Below are positions 9,833 through 16,731 of a stretch of DNA of 64,000 nt, piece by piece. Numbering within the stretch: the first letter of the stretch is position 1; each line of letters begins with the position of its first letter. Source of the DNA: an uncultured Christensenella sp. (GTDB lineage: Bacteria; Bacillota; Clostridia; Christensenellales; CAG-138); assembly GCA_964383635.1 (NCBI GenBank), contig CAYLIG010000001.1:8361-72360 (forward strand). The letters run 5' to 3'. The position numbers were made by a program, and so were the translations under genes. Below the pieces are notes generated by a model. That model worked only from the letters and a program-made list of their open reading frames with translations, ran no database searches and was not told where the DNA came from.

Positions 9833-9862
9833 TTTACATTTGCTGTCATAAAATGTCATAAT
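9833..9862 (+). promoter_or_regulatory. Candidate sigma-A promoter for the pssA-like gene (TTTACA-18-TGtCATAAT)
   Basis: TTTACA at 9833-9838, CATAAT at 9857-9862 with upstream TG at 9854-9855, in an AT-rich gap. TGTCATAA occurs twice in direct repeat. Confidence 0.4.
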
Positions 9863-9927
9863 GCGTCTGACACAGTACGTATTAAGTTCGTTATGGGTAC
9901 TTTATTCTGAAACGGAATGGGATTTGG

Positions 9928-10554
9928 ATGGTTGGTTTTTATAATTATACGGTCGTTCTGACGTATCTCGGCGTCGTCAGCGCCGTGCTGGGCATCGGGC
10001 TTGCGATGTACGGGCATACGTCCATGGCCATCGTGTGCCTCATGATTTCGGGGTTTTGCGACCTCTTTGACGGCTCCATCGCGCGCACGCGCAAGCGCAC
10101 GGAGAGCGAAAAGAAATTTGGCATTCAGATCGACTCTCTGGCGGACATGATCTGCTTTGGCGTGCTGCCCGCGGCAATCGGTTTTTCGGTCGGCCTTACG
10201 CGCTGGTTTGAAGCCGCGGCGCTGATCGTGTATGTGTTAGCCGCGCTGATTCGGCTGGCGTACTACAACGTGACGGAGGACGAGCTGGAGTTTGCGGAGA
10301 ACACGCGGCGGGTATATTACGACGGTCTGCCGGTGACGACGGCCGCGCTCATCATCCCGCTGATCTACACGCTTCGCCCTGTGATGAAGAGCGGATTTTT
10401 GCTGCTCTACGCGCTCTGCCTGCTGGCGACGGCGGCGGCGTTTCTGATGAAGATCAAGGTGCGAAAGCTCGGCATGAAGGGCATGATCATCGCCGCGGTG
10501 ATCGGGCTTTTGATCCTTGCCATGCTCATCGTTGGCTGGAACAGCATAGCGTAA
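9928..10554 (+). CDS. pssA: CDP-alcohol phosphatidyltransferase, phosphatidylserine-synthase type
   Basis: DLFDGSIAR...GIQIDSLAD matches the CDP-alcohol transferase motif D-x2-DG-x2-AR...G-x3-D-x3-D. 208-aa polytopic membrane protein. Confidence 0.75.
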   Translation: MVGFYNYTVVLTYLGVVSAVLGIGLAMYGHTSMAIVCLMISGFCDLFDGSIARTRKRTESEKKFGIQIDSLADMICFGVLPAAIGFSVGLTRWFEAAALIVYVLAALIRLAYYNVTEDELEFAENTRRVYYDGLPVTTAALIIPLIYTLRPVMKSGFLLLYALCLLATAAAFLMKIKVRKLGMKGMIIAAVIGLLILAMLIVGWNSIA

Positions 10555-10592
10555 AATAGCGAATCAAGCGCTGAATCAAGTGACAAATCAAA

Positions 10593-10620
10593 GCCCGGCT
10601 TATGCCGGGCCTGTTCTTTG
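10593..10620. terminator. Bidirectional intrinsic terminator between pssA and the convergent operon
   Basis: GCCCGGC-TTAT-GCCGGGC stem-loop (10593-10610) with T-rich tracts on both sides. Confidence 0.6.
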
Positions 10621-10646
10621 TCTGAAACTTTGCAGTTGGCTTGAAA

Positions 10647-11024
10647 TCAGCTGAATAAAACCTTGAAAAAGCCGACGACCGCCGCGACCCATGCGTCCAG
10701 ATGCTGCGCTTTAAACGCCGCGTATGCGTCCAGCACGCCGCGCGGAATAGCGTTTCGCGCGCTGTCGAGTATGGCGCGCGCGGCGGAGGTGCCGTCTCCG
10801 CCCGCGGAGGCGACATAGTCGAGCACCACGAACGCGGCGGCGATGAGCAGCGCGAGCACGGCAAGCGAGAGCGCAAAACGAAACAGCCCGCCGAAAAAGC
10901 CGCCCCAGCCGCGGCGGGCGTGGTTCAAGCCGTTTTCCGCGCCGCAGTACGGGCAGTAGGTGCCCGTAAAGCGCGTGCGGCATTTCCGGCATACGGTATA
11001 TTTTTTACGAGTGCTTTGCGGCAT
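10647..11024 (-). CDS. Zinc-ribbon membrane protein, function unknown
   Basis: CRKC-x10-CPYC zinc ribbon at the N-terminus, followed by one clear TM span (LSLAVLALLIAAAFVVL). ATG 11024 overlaps the upstream thyX-like stop by 20 nt. Confidence 0.6.
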   Translation of the reverse strand: MPQSTRKKYTVCRKCRTRFTGTYCPYCGAENGLNHARRGWGGFFGGLFRFALSLAVLALLIAAAFVVLDYVASAGGDGTSAARAILDSARNAIPRGVLDAYAAFKAQHLDAWVAAVVGFFKVLFS

Positions 11025-11763
11025 GCTTCAACAGCTCCAGCGCTTCCTGTTTGCGGATGACGCGGCAGGCGGGGTTCTGAAACTCGTTTTCGGGACAGTA
11101 CCCGAGGGAGACGCAGCTCGGGCCCGCGTCCTGAAAGAGCGCGGGGGAGGCTTCCTTGCAAAGGCGCAGCATCTTGTTTGCCAGATCGCGAATCTCCGCC
11201 TGCGCGTTCATGCAGCAGCGGATTTTGAACCAGTCCAGCAGCGCGTGCGCGTTCATGCCGATGAGTGCCTTGAACTCCGTCGCCTGCGGCTTGAGATAGC
11301 GAAGATCCTCTTCCTTATAGCCCGCGTCCACGCCGGAATCATACCACTCCTCGAGCATGCCGAGAAGCTCCGCCGCGTCGAGAGAAACCTTCGTTCCGTC
11401 CGGCAGGGTGCACGCCGCGCGGTGCGGCAGGATAGAGTCCGGCAGAACGACGTCGTAGCCGCGCTTGCCGCCCTTTTGCACGCGTCCGCTCTTGATGAGA
11501 TAACTCGCGAGGCGCTTGCGAACGAGCTGCACTTCGGTTACGCGCGAATAGCCCTCCACGCCAAAGAGAAAATAGTCGAATTCCGTCGCCGCGAGGTGCC
11601 CTTTTTCGATGATGCTGCGAACGAGATCCGCGTTGTAGGGCGAGGCGATGATCTCGCTCAGGCTCCGTTCGCTGCGCGTAAAGCGCGCGGCCACGTCGGT
11701 ATACACCTTTCCGCCGCCCGCGAGGAGAACGACGGTTCCGTCCCCGACCCGCATTTGATTCAT
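11005..11763 (-). CDS. thyX: ThyX-family (FAD-dependent thymidylate synthase-like) protein, divergent motif
   Basis: GHLAATEFDYFLFGVEGYSRVTEVQLVRKRLASYLIKSGRV aligns by eye to the ThyX core (H-E-x-P-F-E...RHRxxSxxxxSxRY). NAHALLDWFKIRCCMNAQAEIR aligns to the second ThyX block. ATG 11763 forms an ATGA overlap with the upstream stop. Confidence 0.7.
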   Translation of the reverse strand: MNQMRVGDGTVVLLAGGGKVYTDVAARFTRSERSLSEIIASPYNADLVRSIIEKGHLAATEFDYFLFGVEGYSRVTEVQLVRKRLASYLIKSGRVQKGGKRGYDVVLPDSILPHRAACTLPDGTKVSLDAAELLGMLEEWYDSGVDAGYKEEDLRYLKPQATEFKALIGMNAHALLDWFKIRCCMNAQAEIRDLANKMLRLCKEASPALFQDAGPSCVSLGYCPENEFQNPACRVIRKQEALELLKHAAKHS

Positions 11764-12182
11764 AGCTTGACTTCTCCCTGTTGATTGATGACCTTTTCGA
11801 TGCCCGCGTTTTTGATAAGCCGGGTGCACATGATGCACGGCGTCGGATTCTCAATCGGGCGGTCGAACCCTTCAAAGCCCGAAAGATAGATCGTGCTGCC
11901 GAGCATTTCGTTGCGGCTCGCGCTGATGATGGCGTTTGCCTCGGCGTGTACGGCGACGCACTTTTCATACTGTTCGCCGTGGGGGATGTTATGCCGATCC
12001 CGCCAGCAGGAGCCGACGTCGCAGCAGTTTTCTTCTCCGCGTGGCGCGCCGTTATAGCCCGTTGCGATGATTTCGTCGTTTTTTACGATCACCGCGCCGT
12101 ACTGTCGGCGCAGGCAGGTTGAGCGCTTTGCAACCTCGGCGGCGATGGACAGATAGTAGTCCTGTTTTCCGATGCGTTCCAT
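11760..12182 (-). CDS. comEB: dCMP deaminase (ComEB-type)
   Basis: CVAVHAEANAI and PCIMCTRLI zinc motifs of the cytidine/deoxycytidylate deaminase fold. ATG 12182 is 9 nt after GGGGGAG; the upstream ATG at 12206 lacks an SD. Confidence 0.85.
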   Translation of the reverse strand: MERIGKQDYYLSIAAEVAKRSTCLRRQYGAVIVKNDEIIATGYNGAPRGEENCCDVGSCWRDRHNIPHGEQYEKCVAVHAEANAIISASRNEMLGSTIYLSGFEGFDRPIENPTPCIMCTRLIKNAGIEKVINQQGEVKL

Positions 12183-12259
12183 GAATTGTAACTCCCCCTT
12201 TTTCATATTTTCGCATACCGGGCGGACGCAGTCAACGCCGCATTCCGTCTTGTGTGCAT

Positions 12260-12286
12260 AAAAACAGGCGCGTTATGTTCGCGCCC
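12260..12286 (-). terminator. Intrinsic terminator after the MATE gene
   Basis: On the minus strand: GGCGCG-AACATAA-CGCGCC followed by TGTTTTT. Confidence 0.55.
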
Positions 12287-12295
12287 GTAAGAAAT

Positions 12296-13705
12296 CTATG
12301 TCAATTCCGGCGGTTCCGGTGGAAGCATGCGGATGCGGCGGTTGTAGATGTAGCCAAACATCGTCAGCGCGATGACGATGGTGAACACCTCCGCGACGGG
12401 GAACGCCCACCAGACCGCGGTAACCTCGCCAAACAGGCGCGAGAGCAGCCATGCGGCGGGAATCAGCACCACGAGCTGCCGCGCGAGCGAAAGATACATG
12501 CTGTAGGAACCCTTTCCGATGGCCTGGAACATGACGGAGCAGTTGATGCTGACCGACGAAAGCACGATGCAGGAGGGGATGATGGTCAGCGCCGCGCGGC
12601 CGATGCGCAGCATCTCCGGCGTAGCGTTGAACAGCCCCAGAATCTGATCCGGCAGCAGAAGAAACACCGCGGTCATGAGCGCCATCATCACGATGCCCGA
12701 TACAAGCATGATCTTCCAGGTGCGCATGATGCGTTTTTTATTCTGCGCGCCGTAGTTGAAGGCGATGATGCTCATGCCGGCGTTGGTCATGCCAAGAAGC
12801 GGCATGATGGCGATGGACTGCACCCGGAAATAGATGCCGAACACGGCGACCGCCGTTTCGGTATACGCAATCAGGATGCCGTTGAGCAGCAGCGTCATGA
12901 CCGTTCCGATCGCCTGAAGGACAATGGTCGGAACCCCGACGGCATAGATATCCCGCACGATCGGCGCGCTGAGCTTACAGTATTTCCAACGCAGGCGCAC
13001 GTCGTTCTTCTTGCTGAAGATGACGATAAACGAGATCAGCATTGCAAGGATCTGCCCGCCGACGGTCGCGATTGCCGCGCCCGCCATGCCGAGCTTTGGA
13101 AAGCCGAGCAGGCCGAAGATCAGAATCGGGTCGAATATGATGTTGAACACCGCGCCGCAGATCTGAATCATCATGGCGTAGATGTTTTTCCCCTGGGACT
13201 GCAAAATGCGCTCGCAGAAAATCTGCAGAAACAGTCCGACGGAAAACGTCATGATGATTGAAAGGTACGTCGCTCCATATTCGAGCGTATCGGGATCGGC
13301 GGTATACGCCGCGATGAACGGGCGCGCGCCGAAGATACCGAAGAGTACGAACACCAGCATGGAAACGAGCATCAGAACAAGTCCGTTGCCCGCCGCACGC
13401 TCCGCGTCGTCATGCCGCCGCGCGCCGAGTCTGCGCGAGATGAGCGAGTTGATGCCGACGCCGGTGCCGACCGCGACGGAGATCATGAGCATGAAGATGG
13501 GATATGACAGGGATACGGCTGTCAGCGCGTTTTCGCCGAGATAGGAAACGAATATGCTGTCAACGATGTTGTAGAGCGCCTGAATGAGCATGGAGAGCGC
13601 AAGCGGCGCACCCATGCCAAACAGCAGCCGACCCTCGGGCTGGATCGCCATCTTGTTGATCCGCGCGGGGGCGGCTTTGAATTGCAGTTCCGGATTTTGT
13701 TCCAT
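12296..13705 (-). CDS. MATE family efflux transporter
   Basis: PLALSMLIQALYNIVDSIFVSYLG N-terminal MATE signature, about 12 TM spans, 469 aa from ATG 13705. Confidence 0.85.
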   Translation of the reverse strand: MEQNPELQFKAAPARINKMAIQPEGRLLFGMGAPLALSMLIQALYNIVDSIFVSYLGENALTAVSLSYPIFMLMISVAVGTGVGINSLISRRLGARRHDDAERAAGNGLVLMLVSMLVFVLFGIFGARPFIAAYTADPDTLEYGATYLSIIMTFSVGLFLQIFCERILQSQGKNIYAMMIQICGAVFNIIFDPILIFGLLGFPKLGMAGAAIATVGGQILAMLISFIVIFSKKNDVRLRWKYCKLSAPIVRDIYAVGVPTIVLQAIGTVMTLLLNGILIAYTETAVAVFGIYFRVQSIAIMPLLGMTNAGMSIIAFNYGAQNKKRIMRTWKIMLVSGIVMMALMTAVFLLLPDQILGLFNATPEMLRIGRAALTIIPSCIVLSSVSINCSVMFQAIGKGSYSMYLSLARQLVVLIPAAWLLSRLFGEVTAVWWAFPVAEVFTIVIALTMFGYIYNRRIRMLPPEPPELT

Positions 13706-13715
13706 AATGATATGG

Positions 13716-13744
13716 ATTGTAGCATGAATAAAAAATCGTGGCAA
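13716..13744 (-). promoter_or_regulatory. Promoter of the MATE gene (TTGCCA-17-TGcTACAAT), only 10 nt before the ATG
   Basis: Minus strand reads TTGCCA cgattttttattcatgc TACAAT ccatatcatt ATG. No SD is present. Confidence 0.5.
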
Positions 13745-13847
13745 GCAAATCAACACACCGCTAAGACGGCGCGATTAAAATTCAGTTTATATAACAAAAA
13801 AAGCCCAAAGAAATCTAAGCAGAAGATTACAGGTGCATAAAGATATT

Positions 13848-14372
13848 TTATAGCAGCAGCATACGTTCGGCAAGATTATCTACCTCTATGCCGCTGTCGA
13901 GCGCGTAGTTGACGGTGTAGAGCGTGCCGCCGCGCATGCGCCGAAGATAGGCGACGCAGCGGAACGCGTGGTCGACGAGATAGCGGTTTCTGCGCCGCAT
14001 GGACTCCGGCGAGCAGCGCTCGGCTGCGTACCAGATACTATCCGCGCCGGAGAGGATCGCTTCATACCGCGCCAGGTCGCTGTCGCCCCAGCCCTCGGCC
14101 TGATTCTTTCCCGGCAGGGCAAGATGGAGGGAGATATCCGGACACTGCGCTTTCTGCCGCAAAACGGCCTCCGCCGCGAGCGTGTCAAACCCCTTTGCGC
14201 CGCCGACGTAGAAGCAGCTCGCTCCGTCGTCCAGCGCGGCGGTCACCGCGCGACCGAGCAGGAATACGAGCGTCTGCATCTCCTCCGCGCGTTCATCCCC
14301 CAGCGCGGGCAGCGCGTTCGGGCGGTGCCCGGTAAAGCAGCAGCCGGCTGCGCGGTCAAACGGGCGTTGCAT
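13848..14372 (-). CDS. SLOG-family protein (DUF1273, YpsA-like)
   Basis: CCFTGHRP...FYVGGAKGFDTLAAEAVL...YLVDHAF...GGTLYTVNYA matches the YpsA/DUF1273 pattern. ATG 14372 overlaps the upstream gene by 17 nt, with GGAGGA inside the upstream coding region. Confidence 0.75.
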   Translation of the reverse strand: MQRPFDRAAGCCFTGHRPNALPALGDERAEEMQTLVFLLGRAVTAALDDGASCFYVGGAKGFDTLAAEAVLRQKAQCPDISLHLALPGKNQAEGWGDSDLARYEAILSGADSIWYAAERCSPESMRRRNRYLVDHAFRCVAYLRRMRGGTLYTVNYALDSGIEVDNLAERMLLL

Positions 14373-15228
14373 CCATCCTCCGCGCGCCGATGAGCGCCAG
14401 CGCGTCGCAATCGTCCCCGGTCTCCATGGCGAAAAGAGCCGCGTTCATCAATCCCGGCGCTTCCGCGCAGGCGTTTTGAAATAGCTCGGCAAACGATTCC
14501 GTGCGCGGCGCCTGCGGTTTCCAAGGCGCGCGCCAGACGGCGTGGTTCAGGTTCAGCCGGTCTTCGGGATCAGAATGACGCGCAACAAGAAACCCCGTCA
14601 GCTTTCCGGGGATGCCGAGCAATCGCTCCAGCGCGCCGAAAAAGCGCAGCTTTCGGTTGGCCGGGTCGTAGGAAATCGTGTTGACGGCGATCCATTTGCG
14701 CCAGCTTCGGGCGAACGCATTGTCGATGTCGATGGAAAAGAGCCGAACGGACAGTGCCCGGTGCAGCGCGGCAAGTTCTTTGAGGTGATGTATCCTATAG
14801 AATATACGCGGTTTCTGCGGAACATCGGCGCGGCCGATCCGGTCCGCCATCATCAGGTCGATCTGTATTTCGGCGGGGGTGTGCAGCGCGCCGGGGAAAC
14901 GCGCCTCAATGTAGGGATGCGCGTTGGTATCCAGCAGAAAGTGGCACAGAAACCCGAGTGTATAGGCTTTTTGCGCGTCGCTTGTTCCGGAAAGCGGAAA
15001 CATGGCGGCAAAGAGATCGCGCGCGTCGAGCGCATGCAGGCGCGTCGCCGCGTCGAGATGGCAGGGCGAAAAGAGCGGCTTTGGCCGCGAGTCCCCGAAA
15101 AACGGATCGGGGCCCATGGTTCCGGCCAGAAATTCGCCCTGATTCGCCGCTATAAGCGCGCGGACGGCATCGTTCGATTGTTCCAGCGCGGTCAGTCCGA
15201 CCAGCGCATGTGTAAAATTATACGGCAT
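14356..15228 (-). CDS. Zinc-dependent phospholipase C-like family protein (cytoplasmic, no signal peptide)
   Basis: MPYNFTHALVG start, GPDPFF and FLCHFLLDTNAHPYIE histidine/aspartate blocks typical of the PF00882-like family. The ORF extension to 15360 is Arg/Pro-rich and was rejected. Confidence 0.7.
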   Translation of the reverse strand: MPYNFTHALVGLTALEQSNDAVRALIAANQGEFLAGTMGPDPFFGDSRPKPLFSPCHLDAATRLHALDARDLFAAMFPLSGTSDAQKAYTLGFLCHFLLDTNAHPYIEARFPGALHTPAEIQIDLMMADRIGRADVPQKPRIFYRIHHLKELAALHRALSVRLFSIDIDNAFARSWRKWIAVNTISYDPANRKLRFFGALERLLGIPGKLTGFLVARHSDPEDRLNLNHAVWRAPWKPQAPRTESFAELFQNACAEAPGLMNAALFAMETGDDCDALALIGARRMDATPV

Positions 15229-15234
15229 ACCCGT

Positions 15235-15264
15235 ATTATACGATCGCCGAGCGGCGGGCTTCAA
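15235..15264 (-). promoter_or_regulatory. Promoter TTGAAG-18-TATAAT ending 6 nt before the PLC-like ATG (leaderless mRNA predicted)
   Basis: Minus strand reads TTGAAG cccgccgctcggcgatcg TATAAT acgggt ATG. No SD is present. Confidence 0.55.
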
Positions 15265-15625
15265 CCCCTGCGCCAAAAAACAATTCAAGTCAGTTCCGGC
15301 ACGCATTCTGACGGAGTCGACCGGCGGCGGGCATGTTCGGTACACGTTAAGTTTCAACACGGGAATTTTGAACTTCCAGAAAACACGAAAGACGCGCCCG
15401 ACGGCGGGTAACCGGAAAGAAACAGGACATTCAAACAGAAAAAATCCGCAGAACGCGGCGCTTTTCAGGCTATCCGCAAGAAACGGTGAAGCGAAGATAA
15501 AAGGGGAAAGTCATGAAATTTTTCCAACAAAAACGTAGAAAATTTGAAAATCTTGCGTTTACCTATGGTACATTTCAAGAATAGCGTGTTACAATACCAA
15601 TGATAGCACGATTGAGGTGGAGAGC

Positions 15626-16501
15626 ATGAAGAAGATCGTTAAGCGCAGGAGAACTTTTCGAGTCAATAACCCGCTCGCGTTCGGTATTCTATGCGCTATG
15701 ATCCTGATTTTGCTCGCAGGCGTAACCTATGCGCTGATTGCGGGCGTTATTTCTCCCGCAATCGTAAGCTATCAGGTCGCAAACGCAACGCCGACGCCGT
15801 CTCCGACGGTTGCGCCGGTCACCGCGACGCCGTCTCCGACGGTCAATCCGGATCTGCCGACGCCGTCCCCGTCTCTGGAGCCCGGCGCAACGCCGACGCC
15901 GACGATTGAACCGGCAGGCGCGCTGGACGGGCATGTCATAGGCATCGATCCCGCGCGCGGCTACAGTTCTCAGATTCGCGGCGCATCGACGAAAATTTAT
16001 GCAAACCGGCTGAATTTTGCCGTCGCGACGCTGGTGAAGGAGAAGCTCGAAGCGGAGGGCGCAACGGTTATCTTCACGCTTTCCGACGTGAAGGACGATA
16101 AAACGACTGCCGCCCGCGTAACGCTGCTTAACGACGCAAAGGTGGAACTCGTCGTCCGCATCGACTGCAACTCCGTCAGTTCGGCCGACACGCGCGGCGC
16201 GATGGCCTGGGTGCCGGAGAAGCACGACAAGAAATCCGAATGCGACAAGCTGGCGTCCGCCGTGCTCGCGGCCTATATCGACGCGACGGGGCTGCCGCTG
16301 CGCGAGGTCAAAGGCGAATCGATTATCGACAAGTCCGATGAAACCTTCCTCAACGACGTGGACGCGCCGGTATTCACGCTCTTCCTTGGGCACATCAGCA
16401 ACACGACCGAGGACAAGAAGATCAACGACGCCGACTTCCAGCAGACCATGGCGAAGGGAATTGTCAACGGTATCCTGAAATACCTGGGCGTAAACGGATA
16501 A
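15626..16501 (+). CDS. Amidase_3 (MurNAc-L-Ala amidase) fold protein, catalytic residues substituted; N-terminal membrane anchor and Pro/Thr linker
   Basis: ATG 15626 after GAGGTGGAG. A TM span (FGILCAMILILLAGV) is followed by a TPTPSPTV-repeat linker, then IGIDPARGY...ELVVRIDCNS...PVFTLFLGHISNTTEDKKI, co-linear with the Amidase_3 consensus. Confidence 0.75.
   Translation: MKKIVKRRRTFRVNNPLAFGILCAMILILLAGVTYALIAGVISPAIVSYQVANATPTPSPTVAPVTATPSPTVNPDLPTPSPSLEPGATPTPTIEPAGALDGHVIGIDPARGYSSQIRGASTKIYANRLNFAVATLVKEKLEAEGATVIFTLSDVKDDKTTAARVTLLNDAKVELVVRIDCNSVSSADTRGAMAWVPEKHDKKSECDKLASAVLAAYIDATGLPLREVKGESIIDKSDETFLNDVDAPVFTLFLGHISNTTEDKKINDADFQQTMAKGIVNGILKYLGVNG
15793..15843 (+). repeat. 18-nt exact direct repeat (GACGCCGTCTCCGACGGT) within the coding Pro/Thr linker
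   Basis: Copies at 15793-15810 and 15826-15843, each encoding TPSPTV. Confidence 0.9.
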
Positions 16502-16517
16502 ACAGAAAAACGCAGTC

Positions 16518-16542
16518 AGCCGCCGAAAAGGGCGGCTTTTTT
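16518..16542 (+). terminator. Intrinsic terminator after the amidase-like gene
   Basis: AGCCGCC-GAAAAG-GGCGGCT stem-loop followed by TTTTTT. Confidence 0.8.
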
Positions 16543-16731
16543 CGGCGCTGGAAAGGCGCGGAAAGAAATATCAAAGAAATGTCGATTAAAATTCGGCTGT
16601 TTTTGCCGATACAAATGTTTTTTTGCGGGATCGATCTGTACATTTTAAGCTTAATTTCGTATACTAAAGTTTGGCAATTGGGCGTAGCTGACTATCGCTA
16701 CGCCTCAAATATGTAAGGCAGGTGGATTGGA

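Noticed and set aside
11005-12182. dCMP deaminase/ThyX pair as a nucleotide-depletion anti-phage module
   Set aside because: The two enzymes form the ordinary dCMP to dUMP to dTMP route. There are no defence-island neighbours or mobile-element context. Only the motif divergence and the zinc-ribbon partner are reported.
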